64,000 nucleotides of DNA from Pelagibacteraceae bacterium AG-447-E22 (GTDB taxonomy: Bacteria; Pseudomonadota; Alphaproteobacteria; Pelagibacterales; Pelagibacteraceae). The position numbers were made by a program, and so were the translations under genes. The DNA lies in assembly GCA_003212295.1 (NCBI GenBank), contig QCQC01000003.1:405-64404 (forward strand), given 5' to 3'. The notes below the pieces were generated by a model. The model ran no database searches. It had not been told where the DNA came from and saw nothing but the letters and a program-made list of their open reading frames with translations. Positions 1 through 7,055 of this stretch are shown here, one piece after another. Position 1 is the first letter of the stretch; each line of letters begins with the position of its first letter.

Positions 1-144
1 TGCAAGTGTAGATTTACCAATACCTTTTGAGCCAGAAAGTAAAATCTTACTTGGTAATTTCTTTTTATTATAAAGTTTTATAAAATCTTCTAAATAGTTA
101 TTAAGACCATAAATTTTAGTTTGATTTGAAGGTTTTAAATTCAT
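1..144 (-). CDS. holB: DNA polymerase III delta' subunit, 5' part (runs off window start)
   Basis: ATG at 144 overlaps the tmk stop (ATGA). Manual translation MNLKPSNQTKIYGLNNYLEDFIKLYNKKKLPSKILLSGSKGIGKSTLA contains a Walker A motif; tmk-holB order is conserved. Confidence 0.85.
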   Translation of the reverse strand, partial: MNLKPSNQTKIYGLNNYLEDFIKLYNKKKLPSKILLSGSKGIGKSTLA

Positions 145-755
145 TTGATTAGTCTATTAATAATATCTATTATCTTTTTTTCATTTTCAATTATATCTAA
201 GTTTGAGTTAATAATTTTATAATTCTTTTTATTTCTAGCTAATTTAAGAAAACCTTTTTGAACTTTATTGTAAAAATTTGCGTTAAATTTATCATATCTA
301 TTTAGTTTTTTTCTATGTCTAAGCCTTGTCAACATATTTTTTTTATCTACTATATTCAAAAAGGTAAAACTAGGTTTTATATTCCCTAACAAATAATTAT
401 TTAAACTTTTAATCATTTTAAGATTTAAACCAAAACCAAAATGCTGATATGCTATGGTAGAGTCAGTAAACCTATCTATCAATATTATCTTTTTTTTATA
501 ATTATTTTTAATGTTAGAGATATTTTCACTTCTTGCAGCTTGATAAAGTAATAAATCTGTTTTCCTATTAAAACTTGTTTTAATATTAAGTATAAGATTT
601 CTTATTTTCTCAGAATTTTTATTACCACCTGGCTCTCTTATCTTAATAAATGATAATTTTTTCTTTTTTAAGTATTTAGCAACTTTATTTAAATGATATG
701 TTTTTCCACTACCTTCTACGCCCTCAAAAATAATTAATGGTTTCTTAAACATCAC
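141..755 (-). CDS. tmk: Thymidylate kinase
   Basis: FEGVEGSGKT P-loop, REPGG, DRFTDSTIAYQ motifs. Confidence 0.95.
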   Translation of the reverse strand: MMFKKPLIIFEGVEGSGKTYHLNKVAKYLKKKKLSFIKIREPGGNKNSEKIRNLILNIKTSFNRKTDLLLYQAARSENISNIKNNYKKKIILIDRFTDSTIAYQHFGFGLNLKMIKSLNNYLLGNIKPSFTFLNIVDKKNMLTRLRHRKKLNRYDKFNANFYNKVQKGFLKLARNKKNYKIINSNLDIIENEKKIIDIINRLIK

Positions 756-1896
756 CCCAGATTAAATAATTCAATGATTTAATCAATCTTGAGAAAATGT
801 TTACTTTTTTAACTTCCTTTAAAGATAATAATTCATATTGGTCTATTAATTCATCATCATAAATTATCTTTAAACTACCTATAACCTGATCTTTTTTTAT
901 TGGCGCCTCAATAGGACCTTCGTATTCTAATTTAACTTTTAACAATTTTTTTTTTGCTTTTTTAATTGTTTTATAAATATTTTCTTTTGTATATATATCT
1001 ACAAAATTTTCTTTACCTAGCCAAACTTCAACTTTATCAAAAGGTTCATTAGATTTAGCAATTTCAACTAAATCAAAATTTGTTAACCCGTAAGTTAAAA
1101 GTTTCGAGCTCTGCCTTGATCTTGAGTTTTTAGTTTCAAAACCACTTCCAACAGCAATCAATCTTCTTCCTTTTCTCTTTATTGATGAAGCAAGAGAGTA
1201 TTTTTCTACAGCTAGATAACCCGTCTTGATACCATCGGCACCCAAATTTTTATACAAAAGGGGATTTCTGTTTCCTTGAGTTATAGGATCTCCACCAGTT
1301 CTATCCCAAGTGAATTCTTTTTCTTTAAACCACTCATAGAAATCAGGATGCTCTTTAATTAAATAATTAGACATTATTAAAATATCTCTAACAGTAGAAT
1401 AATTATCAGGATCATTTAAACCCGATGAATTAGCAAAGTTAGTATTTTCCATCCCAAGCTCTTGCGCTTTTGTAGTCATTAAAATTGCGAATTCTTCTTC
1501 AGTACCAGCTATACCTTCGGCCAATGCAACACATGCATCATTTCCTGAGGCTACAATTATTCCCTTGAGAAGATTTTCTACAGAAACTTCGTCACCTACC
1601 ATTATAAACATTGATGAGTAGCCAGCTTGAGATAATCTCCACGCATTTTCAGAAATGATAAACTTTTCATCCAATGTTAAATCACCAGATCTAATTAAAT
1701 CGAATGCAATAATACTAGTCATTATTTTTGTCATTGAGGCTGGGTAAATTGATCTGTCAGGTTCTTTTTCATACAATATTTCACCTGACAAGTAATCTTG
1801 TAATATAGCTGTTCTAGCTTTTATCTCAATATTTGAATTTCCTATATTAGAAAATAATAAATAAATAAAATTTATGATCAGTATTTTTTTAAACAT
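745..1896 (-). CDS. dacA: D-alanyl-D-alanine carboxypeptidase (PBP5/6 family)
   Basis: SxxK (PASMTK), SxN (SGN) and KTG motifs; signal peptide; C-terminal amphipathic helix. Confidence 0.92.
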   Translation of the reverse strand: MFKKILIINFIYLLFSNIGNSNIEIKARTAILQDYLSGEILYEKEPDRSIYPASMTKIMTSIIAFDLIRSGDLTLDEKFIISENAWRLSQAGYSSMFIMVGDEVSVENLLKGIIVASGNDACVALAEGIAGTEEEFAILMTTKAQELGMENTNFANSSGLNDPDNYSTVRDILIMSNYLIKEHPDFYEWFKEKEFTWDRTGGDPITQGNRNPLLYKNLGADGIKTGYLAVEKYSLASSIKRKGRRLIAVGSGFETKNSRSRQSSKLLTYGLTNFDLVEIAKSNEPFDKVEVWLGKENFVDIYTKENIYKTIKKAKKKLLKVKLEYEGPIEAPIKKDQVIGSLKIIYDDELIDQYELLSLKEVKKVNIFSRLIKSLNYLIWGDV

Positions 1897-2641
1897 TTCT
1901 TAATATTTCTAAATTTTCAAAATTAAGAGTTTTTAATTTTTCAAAAGACTCTCTTAAAGTTTTTATATCATTAAAAGGACCTATTAATACTCTAAATTTA
2001 GTTTCTGATAATTGTTGAATTTTAGAGTTATTTAATGAAGTTTCATTTTTAATTCTAGAAATCATTGTTTGAGCTGTATTTTTATAATAAAAATCAGCTA
2101 ATTTAATTGAATAAGAAAATTTTTCTTTGCTTATTTTTTTTATTTTTTCTTCATTGTTATTAAGATCATTAATTTGAATACCGTCTATAGGCGCTTTTTC
2201 AGCAACTTTTTTCTCTTCATCAAATGTTTTTGATTTTTTGGCAATAAAAGTTGAGTCTTTAGAAATTAGTATTATTTTTAAATAAGGCTCTTTGTGATTC
2301 AAATCAAGATCTTCTGCGATACGTTTTGATATAACGGCATTATAAAAATCAGAAAAATCCTCTCTATTAGATTTAACAACAGCAATCAAAGACTTACCAT
2401 TTTTAAGATTTGTAATTTTTATTGAAGATTTTTTTTTTAAAGATTTATGATAAATAGATAAGGATCTATCATCAAGTTTTTTGATATTCTTTAATTTATC
2501 GTCATAAATTAAAGCAAAACCTATGTTACTGTATTTTTTTTCAGGTTTGAATTTTAATTTATTAGATTTGTTTACATTATGGTTTTCACATCCTAAAGTA
2601 TATAAACAAATTATAATTATTGAAAATATCTTATAAATCAT
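1889..2641 (-). CDS. RlpA-like lipoprotein with degenerate DPBB domain and C-terminal SPOR domain
   Basis: Lipobox TLGC; ITNLKNGKSL resembles RlpA VTNLxNG; C-terminal FRVLIGPF is SPOR-like; lies between mltB and dacA. Confidence 0.75.
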   Translation of the reverse strand: MIYKIFSIIIICLYTLGCENHNVNKSNKLKFKPEKKYSNIGFALIYDDKLKNIKKLDDRSLSIYHKSLKKKSSIKITNLKNGKSLIAVVKSNREDFSDFYNAVISKRIAEDLDLNHKEPYLKIILISKDSTFIAKKSKTFDEEKKVAEKAPIDGIQINDLNNNEEKIKKISKEKFSYSIKLADFYYKNTAQTMISRIKNETSLNNSKIQQLSETKFRVLIGPFNDIKTLRESFEKLKTLNFENLEILRNV

Positions 2642-3641
2642 CTTTAAATTTATCTTTTAAAGTACAAACAGCCAAAGCAAATCTCAAGGACCTGTTCCAT
2701 TGTAAAATAATTTCATAATTATCGAATACAATAAAGGCTGGTTTTAAAGTTTCAGATCCAGGAATTATATCTTTATCAGGTGTAATAATTGCTACTTTGT
2801 AATTTGAATCTAAAGAATCTAATTGTTTTGAATTTTCTATATATTTTTTAAAAAAACTAATCTTTTTTTTATTGTGAAGTTTTTTAGCTGATACATTAAG
2901 ATATTTTTTTGGAATATTGTCTTTTAAATTAACTTTTACAAAACAAGGCGAATTTTTTTTCCAGCCAATTTTTTTTAAATAATTTGCTGCTGAAGCATAA
3001 GCGTCCTCAGAGTTTTTTAAATCAATATATTCATCATTATTATAATCTATTGCATGATTTTTAATTGTTGAAGGCATAAATTGAAAAAAACCAAATGCTC
3101 CTGCCCATGATCCATATAATGATTTATAGTCAATTTGTTCTTGTTCAATTAGTTTTAATAATATTAAAAGTTCTTTTGTAAAAAATTCAGATCTTCTTTT
3201 ATCATAACTGAGTGTTGCTAAAGATGACAGTATATCCATTTTACCAACATAAGTACCGAAATTTGTTTCTATTCCCATTAATGATAAAAGTACTTCTTTT
3301 TCTATTTCAAAATTATTTTCAATTGAATTAATTAATTTTTTATTTTTCGAATAAAAATTATTTCCCTTTTTAACTTTTTTTGATGATGATCTTTTCGATA
3401 TATATGTCTTAGTATCCTCATAAAATTCAGGTTGATATCTGTCATATTTAATTACATTTGGTAAAAACTTGGTGTTTGACATGACCAAATCAAATGTTTT
3501 TTCTGAAATATCATTTTTTAATGCCCTAATTTTAAACTCACTTTTCCACTTTTCGAAATTTATATTTTCATTTCCATATGCATGAGAAAAATAAAAAAGA
3601 ATTATAAAAAAAAAAATTTTAATTTTTTTCATATAGATCAT
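2631..3641 (-). CDS. mltB: Lytic murein transglycosylase B family (SLT_2)
   Basis: GIETNFG catalytic Glu, GSWAGAFGFFQFMPS, ASAANYL motifs. Confidence 0.9.
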   Translation of the reverse strand: MIYMKKIKIFFFIILFYFSHAYGNENINFEKWKSEFKIRALKNDISEKTFDLVMSNTKFLPNVIKYDRYQPEFYEDTKTYISKRSSSKKVKKGNNFYSKNKKLINSIENNFEIEKEVLLSLMGIETNFGTYVGKMDILSSLATLSYDKRRSEFFTKELLILLKLIEQEQIDYKSLYGSWAGAFGFFQFMPSTIKNHAIDYNNDEYIDLKNSEDAYASAANYLKKIGWKKNSPCFVKVNLKDNIPKKYLNVSAKKLHNKKKISFFKKYIENSKQLDSLDSNYKVAIITPDKDIIPGSETLKPAFIVFDNYEIILQWNRSLRFALAVCTLKDKFKDDL

Positions 3642-4497
3642 TTAAATATATAATTACAGCAATCCAAATAATAATAAAACTTCCAAATTTTACTAATGAA
3701 AAATCTTCACCATAATAAAAATACCCTAAAATGAACTGTAAAGTTGGCGTTATATAAAAAATCATTCCAGTAGGTCCTAATCCAATAAGTTCGACACCTC
3801 TAACATACAAAAATAAGGGAATCACTGTCATTGGGCCTGCTAAAAGTAAAAATATGCTAAGTCCAAGATTGTCAAGATTAAAATCATTATAACCATTTTT
3901 GGAAATTAAATAGAAGGTTATTAATGCAAAAGGCAGTATATACAAACTTTCAATTAATAATCCTATATCTGTATCAATATTTATTTTTTTTCTTACTAAA
4001 TTGTAGAAGGCCCAACTAAATGCAACGATAAGACCTACCCAAGGTAAAGATTTAAGATTATAAATAATCAAAATCATTATTGAAATAAAAACTAATGATA
4101 TTGAAAAAATTCTTTTTTTATTCAATTTTTCTTTAAAAAAAATGTAACCCAATAACACGCTTATAATAGGCATTATGAAATATCCAAAACTAGCATCGAT
4201 AATTTTTTCTGTAGCGACGGCATAAATCCAAATTGACCAATTAACAAAAATTAAAAAACCTGAAATAAACAGTGCAAATAATTTTTTTTTATATTTGATT
4301 TCTTTAAAAAAATTATTCCATTTTGATAAAAAGGTTGTAGTTAAAATCAACATTATTGCTGTCCATAAACATCGATGGACAACAAGTTCGATATGTCCAA
4401 TAAAAGAAACATATTCAAAATAAATGACCCCAATAAAACCCCACCAAAAAGAACCTAGAGATGTTAGTAATAAACCTTTGCTAAAATTAGAGTTCAT
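3619..4497 (-). CDS. rarD: EamA/RarD family permease
   Basis: About 10 TM helices; NWSIWIYAV, ASFGYFIMP, YNLVRKK, YITPTLQF motifs. Confidence 0.88.
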   Translation of the reverse strand: MNSNFSKGLLLTSLGSFWWGFIGVIYFEYVSFIGHIELVVHRCLWTAIMLILTTTFLSKWNNFFKEIKYKKKLFALFISGFLIFVNWSIWIYAVATEKIIDASFGYFIMPIISVLLGYIFFKEKLNKKRIFSISLVFISIMILIIYNLKSLPWVGLIVAFSWAFYNLVRKKINIDTDIGLLIESLYILPFALITFYLISKNGYNDFNLDNLGLSIFLLLAGPMTVIPLFLYVRGVELIGLGPTGMIFYITPTLQFILGYFYYGEDFSLVKFGSFIIIWIAVIIYLNDLYEKN

Positions 4498-4565
4498 ATA
4501 ATTAATAAAATTAAGTAATAAATAAATTTAATAGACTATTTTATAGTTGAATTAAATATTTTTAA

Positions 4566-4622
4566 TTATAAAACCTTGCTTACGGAGAGATGGCTGAGCG
4601 GTTGAAAGCACCGGTCTTGAAA
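4566..4622 (+). repeat. Left att-like direct repeat (57 bp): 18 nt upstream plus the 5' 39 nt of tRNA-Ser(TGA)
   Basis: TTATAAAACCTTGCTTACGGAGAGATGGCTGAGCGGTTGAAAGCACCGGTCTTGAAA is identical to 6659-6715. Confidence 0.97.
4584..4622 (+). pseudogene. Displaced 5' half of tRNA-Ser(TGA)
   Basis: Acceptor 5' strand, D arm and anticodon loop are present; sequence diverges right after the loop CTTGAAA; no T arm or CCA follows. Confidence 0.93.
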
Positions 4623-4663
4623 TACCAAGAAACCCCTGCCCACTTTAAGACGATTAACATACT

Positions 4664-4676
4664 TATCAAGTCATTG
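4664..4676 (+). promoter_or_regulatory. Candidate IHF binding site
   Basis: TATCAAGTCATTG matches WATCAANNNNTTR exactly; lies between the crossover core and the tandem repeat. Confidence 0.5.
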
Positions 4677-4738
4677 CTTAATTTTTTAAATTTTGCTTTT
4701 ACGAAAAACGCATCATTATTGGCTTGCCTAAGCTATAA

Positions 4739-4764
4739 AACTTGAGACAAACTTGAGACAAACT
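4739..4764 (+). repeat. Tandem 11-bp repeat, left copy (candidate integrase arm-type sites)
   Basis: AACTTGAGACAAACTTGAGACAAACT is identical to 6580-6605. Confidence 0.92.
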
Positions 4765-4786
4765 AGAAACTATTCTGACAAAGATT

Positions 4787-5626
4787 TTAATGATTTGTTT
4801 GAATTCTTATCGTTTGATCCAAATCTTTAATTTTATTAACAAAAAGTTTTATTTCATCTTTATTGAATAATGGTCTTAAAGGTTTATCCCACGAGTTATC
4901 AAGTTGGGTAAATTTGTTTTCAACTAATTTAATTAATTTTTGATCTTCAATTAATTTATGTTCGGAAGATGATTTTACCATATATTTTTCTCTTGTTTTA
5001 TATCTAGTAACCGCCAGTGCATACATGCATTTTTCTTCGCTACAAATTTTAAGAATGTCTAAATTATCATAATGATTTATGCTTATTTGGAGGTTTCTCA
5101 TTATCTCATTTTGATTTGGAGGTGTAATTTGACTAAATTGTGCAAACTCAGTTCCAGGTTTATATTTTCCTATAGGTCTGTAATAAATAAAAGATTCTAA
5201 AACAGGATAGTTATATTCGAACTCTGGGTTTTTTTTTGAAAGATTTTTAAATGAAAGAAAATCAACCCCATCTAATACAGCATAAGATTTAAAAAGTAGT
5301 TCTTTTTTATAGTAGAAACTTCTTTCAAGTATAGATGGACATTCATAATCATTTATTAATTGTTTGTCATTTAACTCAGCAATAAATATTAATCTGTTTT
5401 TGCTTTTTAATAATACTTTTTTTTCTTTTCCATTAACGATAAATTTTTCTGTAACATTGTCCCTACCCCAATTGCTTTTAGCAGAATTTATTCTCATCAT
5501 TGAATGCTTATTTCCACCCAGTCCTTTAACAGAACAATTTGGATAGTCATCTGATGAAATTCTCTGGTGATCGGCTAGCGCTGAATAACTGAATAAAACA
5601 AATGTAATAGTAAATATTAATTTCAA
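4787..5626 (-). CDS. Hypothetical exported protein (island cargo 2)
   Basis: Track ORF 4787..5662. A more likely start is TTG at 5626, overlapping the upstream stop (TTGA) and giving the signal peptide MKLIFTITFVLFSYSALA-D. No family recognised. Confidence 0.7.
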   Translation of the reverse strand: MKLIFTITFVLFSYSALADHQRISSDDYPNCSVKGLGGNKHSMMRINSAKSNWGRDNVTEKFIVNGKEKKVLLKSKNRLIFIAELNDKQLINDYECPSILERSFYYKKELLFKSYAVLDGVDFLSFKNLSKKNPEFEYNYPVLESFIYYRPIGKYKPGTEFAQFSQITPPNQNEIMRNLQISINHYDNLDILKICSEEKCMYALAVTRYKTREKYMVKSSSEHKLIEDQKLIKLVENKFTQLDNSWDKPLRPLFNKDEIKLFVNKIKDLDQTIRIQTNH

Positions 5627-6540
5627 AATAAGAAACCTCTTGAATAAGCATATTTGAACCATCTAGTATGCTGTATGCCTTGACCTGGCCCTCTGCACAA
5701 TACTCCATATCCGGAAGCACAGACTGTACTAACAGAAGTTGATGATGAAGATGTGGCACTGGTTGTACCCGAAGCTGAGGACGATGATCCTTTGGATGCA
5801 GTTTTACTTAACAAATTTTTTGCTACGTAAGATAAAATTAAAGCAACTACAATGAATGTTAAAACTTTTTTAATTTGCTCTTTATCGTAATTACTCATCT
5901 TTAGAAAATAGTCTGATCCTATTTTGCTTAAATAATCACTAAAAAAAAAGAAACCATCTTTGTTTTCATATTTTTTAGGCAAAGTAAAACCTAGAGCTTT
6001 GTACGAATAAACAACTCCATCAGGTTTAGATAGATATAATGAATTTAAGATTATATTTTCTATTCGATATTTATTAATTATATTGGCATTTTGATAAAAA
6101 CTAAGATCTCTAAATTCACCATAAAAACAATTTATAAAATCATTAAAAATATTTTTATCTATACATTTTGAATTATCTAAAATTTTTTGTAATTCTATTT
6201 TTTTAATGTGTTTTGATTTATAATTTGAATTAATTAGTTTAAGCCAAGAATTTTTGGCTTGCTGATTGTCTATAAAATTTTCATTTACAGCATCAGCAAT
6301 GGTTGAGGCTATATATAATAAATGTTTAATTTCATTTGTTTTTTTAGACTTATTCCACTTTATACCAATATCATTAAACATATTATTATCTAAACACATA
6401 AAAAAATCGTTAAAATCTAAATTGTCTAGGTTGCAACTTACTTTATGAAAATTTGTTTTTTGGTAAATGCTTTTTGCATACAGATTTGTTGGATTAAATA
6501 TTAGTAAAAATGAAATTATGATAACTAAAGCTTTGTTCAT
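5623..6540 (-). CDS. Hypothetical membrane-anchored protein (island cargo 1)
   Basis: 305-aa ORF; signal peptide, two C-x(5-6)-FNDF-xx-C repeats, late TM helix, Ser/Thr linker, short Cys-containing tail. Confidence 0.78.
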   Translation of the reverse strand: MNKALVIIISFLLIFNPTNLYAKSIYQKTNFHKVSCNLDNLDFNDFFMCLDNNMFNDIGIKWNKSKKTNEIKHLLYIASTIADAVNENFIDNQQAKNSWLKLINSNYKSKHIKKIELQKILDNSKCIDKNIFNDFINCFYGEFRDLSFYQNANIINKYRIENIILNSLYLSKPDGVVYSYKALGFTLPKKYENKDGFFFFSDYLSKIGSDYFLKMSNYDKEQIKKVLTFIVVALILSYVAKNLLSKTASKGSSSSASGTTSATSSSSTSVSTVCASGYGVLCRGPGQGIQHTRWFKYAYSRGFLF

Positions 6541-6579
6541 TACATAGTATTAGCAAACTCATATAGGACTTTATAGGAT

Positions 6580-6605
6580 AACTTGAGACAAACTTGAGAC
6601 AAACT
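6580..6605 (+). repeat. Tandem 11-bp repeat, right copy (candidate integrase arm-type sites)
   Basis: AACTTGAGACAAACTTGAGACAAACT, same orientation as 4739-4764. Confidence 0.92.
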
Positions 6606-6658
6606 TAAAATTTTATAAAAAAAATAGTCTTTTTTTTAATTGAAATTTAAAATTATAC

Positions 6659-6715
6659 TTATAAAACCTTGCTTACGGAGAGATGGCTGAGCGGTTGAAA
6701 GCACCGGTCTTGAAA
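6659..6715 (+). repeat. Right att-like direct repeat (57 bp), restores the tRNA 5' half
   Basis: Identical to 4566-4622. Confidence 0.97.
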
Positions 6716-6766
6716 ACCGGCAAAGGGGCAACTCTTTCCTGGGTTCGAATCCCAGTCTCTCCGCCA
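6677..6766 (+). tRNA. tRNA-Ser (anticodon TGA)
   Basis: GGAGAGA/TCTCTCC acceptor stem, CCGGT-CTTGAAA-ACCGG anticodon arm, long variable arm, GGTTCGAATCC, G discriminator plus CCA. Confidence 0.97.
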
Positions 6767-6775
6767 TCAAAGTTC

Positions 6776-7033
6776 TTAATACTTAAAATTTTTAAATAGA
6801 TTATTAATTTTATTATCTTCAAATTCTATACTTGTTTTTAAACCGTTATAAAAACTATAAAGATTGTTGTCATCTATTTCCAAAAGCTTTATTAATTCAT
6901 TTAAATCTTCATAGTCTAATTGGTCTAAATATTTATTAGTGAAAGCTCCTAAAAGCTTATCCATTTCTTTAGTACCGCGGTAATTTGATCGGTAAATAAT
7001 CTTTTTTTTTATTTGTTCTATATCAGCGGTCAT
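6776..7033 (-). CDS. sdhE: Succinate dehydrogenase flavinylation/assembly factor
   Basis: YRSNYRGTKEMD matches the RGxxE motif; 85 aa; divergent from recG. Confidence 0.88.
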   Translation of the reverse strand: MTADIEQIKKKIIYRSNYRGTKEMDKLLGAFTNKYLDQLDYEDLNELIKLLEIDDNNLYSFYNGLKTSIEFEDNKINNLFKNFKY

Positions 7034-7055
7034 AATAGGAATATAATATTAGTTT

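Larger units (their letters stand above)
4623..6715. mobile_element. Integrase-less mini genomic island (2,093 bp) inserted in tRNA-Ser(TGA)
   Basis: Bounded by the 57-bp direct repeat; paired tandem repeats near both ends; two non-core ORFs; no recombinase ORF inside. Confidence 0.85.

Noticed and set aside
5364-6448. Short alternative ORFs in the island (5364..5546, 5547..5759, 6266..6448) as excisionase or integrase remnants
   Set aside because: They overlap the longer cargo ORFs and show no HTH or R-H-R-Y recombinase motifs.
4739-6605. AACTTGAGACA repeats as a CRISPR array
   Set aside because: Only two tandem blocks 1.8 kb apart, with no spacers and no cas genes.
6677-6766. tRNA with TGA as a selenocysteine or suppressor tRNA
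   Set aside because: Anticodon TGA reads UCA (Ser); tRNA-Sec has anticodon TCA. The structure is a normal tRNA-Ser.
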